DNA of 52,969 bases, counting the filler, from Catajapyx aquilonaris (lineage: Eukaryota), in assembly GCA_000934665.2 (NCBI GenBank). It is 2 parts of 2 records of this genome, joined end to end, with 100 filler letters (N's around TTAATTAATTAA, not from the genome) between each part and the next. Parts side by side here need not be neighbours in the genome. Positions count along the whole stretch, not along the records: positions 26,554 to 52,969 come from JYFJ02005212.1; 1 more part is not named here. One strand, given 5' to 3'. The position numbers and the translations under genes are program-made. The notes beneath the pieces were generated by a model. That model had not been told where the DNA came from, made no database searches, and saw only the letters and a program-made list of their open reading frames with translations. This document shows, one piece after another, positions 27,599 through 40,100 of the stretch (position 1 is the stretch's first letter; every line of letters begins with the position of its first letter).

Positions 27599-30500
27599 TA
27601 TTTTGTAGTGACATACCTTTCCAATACCTACATAATGCATATAAATATGGTTTTCTCTACATACAATTTTTACAATGAAAAATGTCCCAAGAGCTTTAGC
27701 AGTGACCAATAAAACAGCCAAAAATCACTTTCGGCTAGAAATGTGCACCATGTTTCTGTAATATTCATGATTAGGAGTTGAGGGAAAGGATGTGTGTTTT
27801 TGTCATTGATTTTTTTTTCACCATGCAATGCGATCAGTTGCTTTGGCAATTTGGCATGAAATAAGTAATCTGCTTGTGCTGCTTATAAAACATCTAAATA
27901 TGCACAGTTTCTGTAAGAAGGGCTTATTCCTTTTCAGACCATCCTGTTCATGAGTTTTGGAGGCAAGTTCTTTTCAAGGCACCTTGAAAGCACTTAGGGG
28001 AAATAGCACTGGGGAATCCTGACTCATGTACTTGATATACTATTCTGACTGCTCCAATCGCCTTTAAAGTTCAATGTGTGCAATGCACTTCACTTGAGAA
28101 TTCTGTGTAACTGCCTGTGTAAGTGTTGGTTCTTTCTTTATGAAGCGAAGTAGGCATGTTTTTCTTTCGTTAGTAGGAATGTGTGTTCCATTCAAAGTCC
28201 CACTTCTACAAAGTGTGTCTGATACATTATTGTAAATAGTTATTAGCAGTAGGTATTTATGTACAAATATAATGTTCAGACTGTGTGGGGAACTTCAGTT
28301 GTATTCCTACTTTGGTCGAGGCGTTGAGTACTGCAGTGCATACGTGATCTTGTCGACATGTCGGCTGCAGGGCAGAACTGCAATCTGGAAAAAAATAAGA
28401 AGTGTCCAAATATACGTAAATTGTTTTGAACATTGTTGAGAGGTGACAATGTGGGATGAAAGTTTGAAAAATGCCTGAATAGCACTGTCTAAACTGTCTA
28501 TTTATGGTAATATATGGGTACCTGTGTGCACTGTGTCCTCTTCAACACCAGAAAAGAGTTAAAATGCTTTAAGCATGCCAAGCAAAGTCACTTGTAATAT
28601 GCTGCTTGGGCACTGCGTTTGGAGGAGGAACGACCTACTTCATCATGTAATGCTGCTACTTTCCAGTCCCTTTTCTATGGAATGGTGCATGCACCTGTCA
28701 TGAAATAATTCATTCATAGTAAATAAGCATCTGTGCAGGCTTTCAGGCAACCATGTTATTCAGGTTTAACATTACAGTTTTGGAAACTAGTTGAGAAATC
28801 TGTGGCTTAAGAAAAGACAAAAATAAAGCACACGCTCAGTTACTCCCAGTTGATACCTGCCTCGCAGAGTACTAATAAATTTCTCATTGCATTCTCTGGA
28901 GGTACTGGCAGTAGGGTAAAGAGAGATAAGAGAAAAAATTTGCATCAGAGTAACAGAGTTCTATTTTGTAGTTCACGTGGAGCCTTTTCCTACCTCTTGT
29001 AGCAGGTTTGAAAGAGTCGTGGTTTGGAAATATGACGTGCGACTGTATTTTGTATATTGCGAGCAAAAGCCCTGTGGGATTTTTTTGTACAGTACTGCAC
29101 CCTCATCACAAAGAGTCATGAAGAATAAAAGTGTCATCTATTCACTGACCATGCCTACATTTATTGAGGAATCAGCTGTGTGATTTCAATGCCAGGCGAA
29201 GGGTGGCAGAACAAGTGTCTAATTGGCCCCTGAGAAAGGAAGTATCGGTTTCAGGATGACATATGCAGACATGTGTGAAAGGGGCTGGACCAGGAAGGAA
29301 GATGATTAGAGAAGATTCATGGGGACCGACCCTGTGACATTTACCCAGGAGTGGTGTAAAACACAAGCCGGTGGGAATTGGAGCAGCAGCACCTATTAAT
29401 TGGCTTTCGAGGCTATTAATTGTGCAGAATTTCCTCTGCTGTAATTCTAGCAAGTGGCAGGCTGTAACAGTCTAGCTACTCTTCATGTTTTTAGCTGCAA
29501 GTTCACCAACTGCTGGTGACCTCTCTGCTGCCTCACTCTTCAGAGTGTGGTTACGTAACAAACCACACGATGGTGCTGCTTCTGCTCTTGCTACCTGAGA
29601 CTGGTGCTCCTGTTTTGCGGTTATTATGATTGTATCCAAATAGTGTGTGCTATGACATTACAGGTGTGCGTTATGCTTTTCCTGTAATATACCGGTTGGA
29701 ACAGAAGTCATGCTATATTACGTTTGTGATACTGTACATCCTATGTTTTCCATCAAAGAAGTGCTCTAGCCGGAAAGGACAGTTATTGTAGATATAGGGG
29801 CGTTGGCAATTAGCATGTCTGGCCAATTTGGCAAAAACTGCAATACACTGGCTGTTAACACCACCGCCCACGACCGTAAAAATGAAGGTCATCACGTATA
29901 TGCAGCCGGCATGTTCCAGTTCCAGTAACGCAAAAATTGAAGCCGGCCAATAGAACCAGGGTGGTGAACTCAATATGACTCACACCAGATCAGCTAAAAA
30001 AAATTAGGTTTTGAAATTGGCAACAGAAGCCTAAATAACAGGCGTGGAGGAGAAGCGTTCATGGTCGTCTGTTGCCCGGAGGGAAACTTCTTTGGGAAGA
30101 GGAGCTATAGAGTCTAGTAGGGTGAATCCTAAGAAATGCGACAGGACAGGACAGTCTAGCCGGCTTTAAAAAAAACATGAAGCCTACAGGCCCTTTGCCG
30201 GATCAGATTGTTGCCGATGGAAGAATGGAGGGGGGGATGGGGGGTGAGATGGTAGATAAGCATCACTTGGGGTAAGACATTGGAAGAGGAGTAAAAAAAT
30301 ATATATATGGGAGGAGGAAAAAGGTGGGAACAGATACATTTCATGGCCCAGGAATGTCGTTGGTCAAAGTCCATATGTCACATGTTACAAAGTGAAGGGC
30401 TAAAATTTTCAAATCGCCGCGTGCTTATTAAGTGTATTGAGTGTCAGGCCAATTAGTTTCGTGTTACAGCCTCATTAGATTAATATGTGATGTGCATTTG

Positions 30501-30744
30501 ATTCGTGCAGATTAAGGTATGTTAGGTGGCAGAGTAGATTCAAATGAGATTTAAATTAGTGTTTGGAATATGAATGGCGGACCTTGAATTTTTTTTATAT
30601 ATATTTCTCGAGGCGATGTGTTTTAGAATCGGGGGAGTCGCTGGTCCCGTCTTGAAATACCAGGAGGGTTTATTATCTTTTTTTACTGGAATTTTTGGAT
30701 GACTCGAAATTTATTGTTATGTACAACAATGTTATAATTATCTG

Positions 30745-31118
30745 GACCAGGTCACTTGCGCACTTGAATCCAATATTGTGCGGTATTCCTCAAGTGTCTC
30801 TGGTCTCAAGATATCTGATTGGTCTTTAGCCCTCCACCATCACCCCCCCTCTTGTTCCTCTTCACCCCTCCCTTCCCCTTCCCCATCCCCCACCCCTGCC
30901 CCTTGCCGGTAAGCAATGGAGGCGGGCAGACCAGACCGGCAGAGTATCACAGAGTAGTGTAGGGTAGAGTGCCAAAGAGGTTGGGGGTGAGCTTCTTCAG
31001 TGCCTGGTGTGACTGATTTTTTTCACAAAAAAAAAAATTATATCTGTTTAAATGTACGGAGGTTGACTTCTGAAGCACTTGAGGTTAGGGGTCAGACCCA
31101 CCAGGTCAGGTGGGCAAG
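30745..31118 (+). promoter_or_regulatory. Probable papilin promoter and 5' UTR
   Basis: CCAAT at 30770, ATTGG at 30818, a C-run tract at 30865-30902 and GC-box-like GGAGGCGGG near 30918, directly upstream of the candidate ATG exon. The TSS cannot be determined from sequence. Confidence 0.5.
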
Positions 31119-31153
31119 ATGAGGCCACCATCGATGCCCTCTCTTTGCTACAG
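31119..31153 (+). CDS. Ppn: Papilin exon 1 (MRPPSMPSLCY-R), start of signal peptide
   Basis: ATG in gcaagATGa context and donor CAG|gttagt. Phase 2 matches exon 2. It follows a promoter-like region. Short and far from exon 2, so less certain. Confidence 0.65.
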
Positions 31154-34100
31154 GTTAGTACATATTTTTTGGGGTTGTGAGAATATGATCAGATAATATC
31201 AATATTGTCAATATTCCGCCCTTACTATTTATTACGACTTTTGCGACGCCATAAACTTATGATTTATTGTTGTCAGATGCAATTACAATCACGTTTGTGA
31301 CCCCCGTCGTTTTTACTGCTGGAATTTACACATAAGGTTCGTGAACGCCCATGGATTCAGTTGGCGGGGCAAAAGTGTGCGGTTAATTGACATACCACCA
31401 CAAAAAATACGACATCGGCAGCCTTAAGACCAATCCAAAGTCACGACCTGAAGACAACCCGCAGAAAAGGAAATCGTCTGATTGAATTAGTAAGTGGGCC
31501 ATGGGCATGTATGTCGTTCCAAACCCAAATGACTGTCATATGGTTGTTAAAATCAGCAATTACAACCATGCAAATATAGCCAACCAAAAATCATTAGCTT
31601 TCCGCACTAAAAGCAAGAAACTGGTTCTCCCATCAGTAGTTTTTTTTGCAGGTCCTTGAGATAGTGACGGAAAAAAAACTTTTAAATGGGAGGCGTAAAA
31701 CAGCGGGATAACTGTAGAACTTTCATCACGTGTGTGAGCATAGATGCTGCTGAAAGGTTTCCCACGTCTCGGCCCTTTTATTACGACGGAACATTACCAC
31801 AATATCCGATATTATTGAACTGCCACTCAAAAAACCAGGGGGTGGGTCCATTCCCCTAAAAAAAGTTGTTCAGGAAGACAAGGGCCGGATTTTTTGTTTC
31901 AAAAAAAAAAAGTGCGAGCCTGATCAAAGGGTGTGAGCTAATTCCTTGCCAAAACAGTTTTTCAGCTTTTGGCAACGGACAAAAAAACGGATGAAAAAAA
32001 ACTGTGAAAGGTTCCTCCTTCCTCCATATACAGCATGCGTCCTATCCTTTTTTGGGAACCCTCAATGGTCCATTGTGAGGATACAAAAGTGTGGATTTGG
32101 CGGGTTGTCGCCTGGACCATTTCTAAGCAACCATTAACTTTCAGGAGTTCTGGTAGAATTGTCGATAATAATGTTTCAGCCTCCTATGCTCGGGTGGAAA
32201 ATGGGTCTCAAAAATAGATGATGTGGTGCTAATAGTCTGTCAAAAAGGGGGTTCCCAAGATAAGTGACAGGAACAGTATGGTTCCTTCCTGTACCAGCAA
32301 TGGTACTGTTATTCGTCCAGAACTGTCCATGACCAGGACCACCATGAAGTGTCCACGGTTGGAACTATATTTATGCCTATTATTTTCATGTTGGACCATA
32401 TGTGGGGGTTTCTTCAAACGGGAGGATCTGGTTCCAAGCGTGGTTAGGGGAAAAGGGTGGGCCAAGGCCCAATTTGGGTGGTTGAGGGACATGGGGGCAA
32501 TGCTGCTTTGGGGTGGAGCCGAAGGAACCGCGCCCTGAAGGAAGGTGAGGAAGGAATCCCATGCCCTGCCGGGGGGCTACTCTCAGCCCATGGTGGTTTG
32601 GGCCGAATTTGGGGGCCTCCAAGAAGCCGCTGATTTACTGGCCTTGCGCCCTTGCTTCTGGCGTCCTCAACAGTAAAGAACCACTCCCATTACAGTACCT
32701 TTTTATCCAATTGCAGTTACCACCTTGTGACACTCCATATTAGGTATGTGCTCGAAGTGTCCACTCAAGTTGAGATTAGAAAAACAGGTGCTCTAAGCTG
32801 TCCTCCCGACCCAATTTGCATGGACAAAGTGACTCACAGCCCCGGACCTTTTATGCTAATCGTATTCCAGAGCAATGTAGCCATAAATTGGGTACAGTAC
32901 ACATGCTTCATCCTTGGAGCTGTGATTGATGAGCTAAGACCATGCGCTCTCATATCTTCTTGACAATTGAGTTACGCTGACGTGCGTAGCAACGACAATT
33001 GCTGGCGATTACCTTCAGGAGACTTGTTCCGCATACACTTAGCTGATAGTACCATAATTAATTCTCATAAAGTATTTTGGCGTTCTCTTCCGGCTAGAAT
33101 CGTGAGGAAGCATTCGAGTGCATCGACACGCCTCTTCCGCAATGGCTGTAGGGAAATGAGGTGGAAGCCTGCGAAGTGTTTCGAAAAACTGACAGGCAGT
33201 TTCTCTGGTAAAAAGAGTGGGCGCCATAGGCATTTTCAGATGAGATCTTGCACTCGCACGAGTTATGTCTGCCTCCGAGTCTAGGATGACTTGCCCTTGA
33301 CTTTGGGCCCGGTGTGCCTCATCAGGGAAGGTCAACTCGTGGGTTCTTTGAACGGCGCTAAATCTGACTCGGGGCTTACAAAAGCCACGTGCTGTAAACA
33401 CACGTGGGATTAGTAATTGGGGAGGTCATACATGTACTGGGATGTAATCATATGGATTTCACGCTGCAGTGAGCACATCCTGATAGGCGTCAAATAGGTG
33501 TGAATTATGGGATGCACGACATGCGCATATTTTTATATTTATGGCTGACCTTATCGTGTTTATGTCAACCCCGTTCTTCCCATGCAGTTTTTTGTTCCAT
33601 ACCGGATTTGATATTCACTTCCTCCAGTTCCGTCGCCCAGACTTTAGATAGCCCATAGTTACTCCTAGGGGGGAAAAAATTCGGTAATTTTAGGATGACG
33701 TATGTCACGAAAATCGCGAATATGGCCAGGTGAAAGCTTGTTAAGTGCAAACCTGGGTAAGTGGATGATGCGAGTGACCACCAGTGTGTGGTCACCTCAC
33801 CCTTCCTGTTCAAAGAGCCCCAATTACCAATTAGTTTGAATGGATGAGATGGGCGGCACCTGAAAGGCGACGGAGGAGTGGTCCACCTCTAGTGAAGGTC
33901 ACTCGGACTTTTCTTAGCTGGTTCCATTGTTATTAGGTCAGCTAAATGCAGCATCGCGTGGACTTTGACGTCGGCGGGAGCAATATTAGAGGACCAGTCG
34001 TGTTTCTTGCTGATTACGACCCTGAGGCCATTTCCACGAAGCCAGTTGTTTTTTCTATAGATAATTACCGGAGTATTTGCAGGTGAAGATGTTACGCGCC

Positions 34101-37100
34101 ATTTTGTGTCAGGTAGACTATTGTTTGTCAGTACAGTACAGTAGTGTAAATCATAACTAGAAACTAGGAAAAGTCATTCATACTAGCAATAGAGGTCGGC
34201 TGGGCAATGTTATCTGGACGTCTTCCGGACATTCCGATTAGGTTCGTTCATTAAGAACCTTCCCGCTGATAATGTAGACTAATTTCAACTTCCTAAAAGA
34301 CGAGTAGTATCTCCGTGGAAATGAGTGTATGTCGCACGAAGGTCTTTTTGTGTGTGCCTTGCCCAACCCTGATTGGATGATTTTTGCATGGGAACTAGGC
34401 CGCACTAGCCATGATGCTAAAATTTAATATGGAGGAACTTAAATTCTGCTCATTCAGTAGTGCCAATTTAGTCGTGCTGTACTGTACTTTAATACACACA
34501 AAAAATCAGGCGGCAAAGGTGCTGAGAGCGTCTAAACCTTGGCACGGAACAATAATCTTCGTTCTTTTGTGTGGCCGGCCACTTGGACGCCTTCGAAAAG
34601 ATAAAGAAGCACCTGCCCTTCACCTTCGACTTGGCCATTTTTGTTCCTTGAGGGGATGGACAACCCACCGAGACCATTACACCTAACTCCAAGGGTGGTC
34701 CAAAATCCTAAAAGACATGCCCCCGGAAAGGAATGTACCACTCGGGTTCACAGCATCATTAACGAACTTGACAATGATATCGGCACCGTTTAGCCGCCAC
34801 TATTGTGTCTATCGAAGTTTGGCTGACGCCTCGTGCGATGAAAGACACGACACAACAAGTTATTTGGTGTCTGATCTGAAAGAGGAAAGTAATTTGTTGG
34901 GTGGTTTTATTTTAACTGGAGGCGACAAGGTTGCTCGAAATAATGAAACAAGGCGGCTCCATTGTTGATGGGGATAACCAGAACTAATCAGATATGACTG
35001 ATGGATGCCACTGATTTGGAAGCGCAATTTTCATTCAGTGACATCTCCAGCTGCGTGATTCACACAGTTCTTGGAGACAGCGAGGCACTTTTTTTTTGTG
35101 AGTACTTCGGGTTAACGACTCCATACAAGGACTTTGGTGTAGACTTTATGGTCAATTGTTTACTTTGTTTTCACATTCGTTTCAAACACTTGCCAGATGA
35201 AATTTCATTCATTAGCGCAACTTGTCGAGTTTAAGTGAAACACTACACCTTGCAGGAGACGTAATAGAAGAAGGGACACTACCGTCACGAACTGATTGCA
35301 CACTAGGCGAATTTTTATGTCATGTCTTATCTCCGGTATTCAAGTTACATGCTCAGATTTCGTTTAACTATTATAGCCAGCAATTCGATGTAACTGGATA
35401 TCAAGCATGTGTATGAATGAGTGTGCCACCTGCCCACGATTTGTTAAGTCATCCCACTTTTTTCTTCTTCCCAAGATGGTTCGGTATGCAAACATTTTCA
35501 GTGTCTCTTGGCTCCACTCGGGGTCGCATTGGCACGTAGGTGGAATGAATGGGATGAAATACCGTCAGGATGAATGGGTGCACGTGTGCCACAGTGTGTG
35601 TACGTTCACACACGTTTTTTTTTCAAGAGTGTGCGTCCCACACTTGCCAGACTTTAATTGCTCTAGCCCATGATGTAACATCAACTTCAGTGAGTTTATA
35701 GCCGGCAGTTCCGGCTTAACGATACGGTTATAAAAATAACAGCTACATAGTACATGCGAGTTCGAACACCCTGCTTCTGATCAAGTAACTTTCATTGGAA
35801 CGTTACTTTTTTTTACGTTACCCCGTGATAGGGCTAGAGGCCCATATAGGGGGGTGGAATACCACCATTTCTCCTTCAATTTTCTGTGTTTTCAACGTAT
35901 TTCAGAACGTTACATTATATTGGAGGCGTTATTTTTGGGAAATAAAAAAAACTAACTAACAAGCTAGTGACATCTCTACCCAATTTCCAATGACTATCAT
36001 TTCTCTTCATTTATCCTTGTTTGCCGTACCCTTTCCGGTTGAATGATTTTCCACTGTGGAGTTATATTGAAGGGGGGTTCTGTTATCACAGTGGGTAGTC
36101 TGACATCCTTCCCATTAAGTTTGAAGGGCGGATTTCTGTCGAGGAGGGAGGTCTTCTTCATCACCTTCTCCGTCATGGAATATCCTGACCTCAGATAGCA
36201 CGTTTGGAAGCCAATGCGTAGGGGGAAAGGGAAGTAGAAAAAAATATTAAAACAACTTTTACTTGATTAATATGTATTCTATTCAACTTCCCTTAGCCCA
36301 ATCACGTTACACCCTGCTGTGACACGAAATTTTGGATTCTGGATGGGCGTCGGCTTCATCATTTTTGGGGGTATAATTGATTGAATCTTTTTTAGAAATT
36401 CTATGTGGTCTGTTCTCATGACTGGAACATGGCAGTAGCATGGAGCATACCAGTACTAATGTTCCTGTCGAAAGGCAATTAATAATATCACCATGCAAAA
36501 TGTTATTTTCTTTAACGATAATAGGCAGACATATCTGTTGGATCAGTTAGCTCTAACCGGTTAGTTGGATTTTTTTTACCCCATCCCATCACCTTTCTAG
36601 AGGTTAAAGAGCTGTCTGTCACAATGAGCGTTAGATTTGCCCTATTCATTTTTCGAAGTCTCGAAGGACATCAATTTGTCTTTTCACCACACTATCTCCC
36701 ACCCACATTTTCTGTCCACACCCTTCATCATATCTTCAAAATCTGGACATTTTCACCATACACCCACACAGGCATTATGATTTGAGGCTTAATGCAATTA
36801 GGCGACCCCCGCCCTCAATTCAAGCCCGGATTACCACTGGCTATGGTATATGACCACCACCATGGCCAACTCTTGGAGCCAAAATATTAAGCCAAATGCT
36901 GAGCAAGAAGGTGGGGACTCTCACGCCACATGAATAAAATAATGATAAAGAGGTGCTAAGACCAACAGGGCGGAAAAAAAAAGGTTTTGTATGGGCCGGA
37001 CTTTTCTAAAGGGCTAGGAATTAGCCCAAAGGTGGGAAGCGTGCAAGTAATTCTATTCTGGAAGAAACTTGTAGTGTGGACTTCATTGTAAAACCCCGAT

Positions 37101-40100
37101 GGGAAGGCGCTAATTGAGCCTTTCTTATTCGTCGGAAAACTTTATCAATTATACCTTGCTAGAGATGTGTTCCAATTATTACATCGTGGTACCCTGTGTC
37201 TTGGGAGTCACGCATCAGTAGGGCATTTCGTGGGCCATTATTGTGTCAGGGGCAATTTATAGTTTTTTGGTGGTATGCTGCCTTTGGGCATATACTTGGT
37301 CTGTGGTAAAAAAATATTTTTGGTGTGCGTATAATTTTAATATCTCCATGCAACTTGTTACACACTGGCTTATGTGCGTATGTTGTTTTTACACACATTT
37401 CAAGCTGATTTTAATGATAAGTTTTCGTTAGCGGTATCTGAAATATCGGCAAAGAACACGACGTTTACTTACCCAACACGTTTTTATAAAAAAATTCATA
37501 AGCAGGAGGCGGCTCGCTTTAAACCTTCAGCATCTGTCAGTCAAAATGTGAACATGCGTAGGCACAGTAATCAACGCCACAGTAAACTCACGCACAATAT
37601 GTTTGTGCCCAGTTTGTTCTTATATGACTTTCCGGTATGTGAACAACATGCAGTAAATTCTTATAAGCGTTCTAAGTATTTTTTTTATAAACAATATTTT
37701 GCTTACTGGTCGTTCCAATGTTGGAGTTTGAAATGTGCAAGTAGCAGCAGTGCGTCACAGATTCAGAGAACAGCACATGCACATTTTGTAAATACCCTGC
37801 AGGTACTCACATTTTCTACGAAAGCTATTATCACCACAGTTCGAGGAAACAGATCCTGCCGTTTTCTTAATCAAATTTATACAAAAAAAAGTTAATTTCA
37901 CGCGTGATAAACAAAACCCTGGCACTGAATAGCCACGGAAGGGACTACTTCACTATACATCCCCCGACATATTTATTTTTTCAGGTTCCTCCCTATATCA
38001 TTGCGGGAGAAACTCGAGAATATATTACGAAGGGGCCATGTAACAGAAAAGTCCTCCAATATAGACCCCAGATGCGTGTTGCGTGCATGGTTGGAAGCCA
38101 TGAAAAAAAAAACAATCCGAAACACAAGGCAGCATCCATTTTTCACAAACTTTTGACCTCTATTTCATGGTAGGCATAAACTCTAGCCCGGGTTATGCTC
38201 TATACAAGGGGGGTCGCTCCAGGAGCCTTTGTCTTTTAATGCCTTGGTTAACTCCCAACTGACATGAGGAGGAAGAAAAACGGGCGTAAATCCAACTAGT
38301 TGCCCATAAGTGTCTAAGCCCATTGCGACTGACAAGATTGGCATGTACTAACAATATATTTTTTTCTCTATAATTGCAGGCCGTACCTGATTCTTGTGAT
38401 TATACTATTCTACTGCTTCGACTGCTTAGCGACAAAAGAGGTGAGTTGCATTCTGTTGGGTTCCCACGTGTGAAACATCTTATAGAAGTGTCCTCAATCT
38501 CCTGTCACGAGGTCTCCAGTTTGAAACCCCCTGAAAATAGAGAGGTGGTCCAATCTTCAGGGGGGTACCACTCCTTGTGCATACTAAACAGGTGTGGCAG
38601 CGGGGTGGGAACTCAGGAAGAAAAAGGTTCCGGAGCTAAATCATTCTCTCATTTCATATATGAGTGGTCTCCAAAAGAGGCTCGAGTCTCGCCTTAGGGG
38701 TTTGTTAACATGATTACTGCGTAGGAAGTGCGTGTGCCACTCTGAAGGCTGGAACGCACTGCTTGTGAATTATGAAATGTTTGGACTATTAATTTTTACA
38801 AAAGGCGGTACAGGAACGTGTGTGAGTGTGTGGACCATAAGACCCAAGTGCGACCGATGCAAAGTGGGTCATGACCATAGGCCATAAAACTCATAACAAT
38901 CGAATGAGACGGCGAGACAATTCATCATATTTAATTAATATAGCAGACAATTTGTTAGAGGTAATACCTAGCAGTGGGTTGTAATGTGGTCACTAACACA
39001 CATGAATATGACACAACTTGAAAATAATCGCCCACTCCCAAAAAGCGTCCCACATATGAAACCGGCACATTTTCCATGCATAAGAAAAATGAGATGATCT
39101 TGATTGGGATAGATCAGTATGAAGGTTAACGAAGGGAAGGTGAACCTTCTTACTAATATAAAAAAAAGAGTAAGAGAACCATTTGCTTTAGATTATGAGG
39201 CCGTTCTGGTCCCTTTATGAGACCCGACCTCCTTCCTCATTATTCCAGCACCATGAAAAGGGACAGTGACTTACGTCATACACGCCTATTGACTTCCAGG
39301 ACAAACCACTATTTTTTGTTATCAGGAATCTTGCTTGGACTTTAATGGATTCGAAACTGTGGCGACTCTCCACTTTATAGCTGTTTATCTTTTACAACGT
39401 TCGCCTTGACTGAGAAGCATATAAATTCAAGTTCAAGTAAGTGAATCCGGAGGTTTTATTAAGTCCCACTGTTATTTATAACAACTCCAAGTTTTTTGTG
39501 GACCAGCCCAATTATGAGATGAGTAAATTATAGCTTAGTGTAATAATTGTACGGCTGCATTTATGGCTCTCTGCTTACCTAAATATGCATAACAATAGTA
39601 GACCCATATAATACTCGATCAAAAAAAAATCTGGAATTTGGATTCCAGTTCACGTGTTGTACAGTAGCAGTGACACGAGATTAGTGCTGGTAAGGTTATG
39701 CATGCCGACAGGGGCTAAAGTTCAGGACATCCCGCCATGTCTAATTATTTTTTTTCTTACCCTGTCACCGCAGATTCCCAAGGTAGATTCCCGCCGTGTT
39801 AAAGGTGTGAATGGGCCGCAAAATTTTCATATGAATCGGACAGGAAAGTGTTTGGCTAAGAGGACTGGGGGCACGAACGATATTTCTCTTCCCCTTTTAT
39901 TGCGTCCCTTTTGAAAGTTTGAAGGCTTCTTCCTTGACAGGCTTCTTGATAGAGTGGAATCCTGCTAAGGTCTCGAATCCTGTTATGATTTTTAACCTGA
40001 GACACCCATTCATTGAAGCTTTTTTTATAGGCGTCTTTTCTATATGACCGTTTTTTTATGGACGCTTTACTGGAAGGGTCAAGGTAGTTGAAGAGGATGA

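Noticed and set aside
37374..37895. 173-aa ORF in papilin intron 1
   Set aside because: It has a non-ATG start, AT-rich intron-like composition and no recognisable motif.
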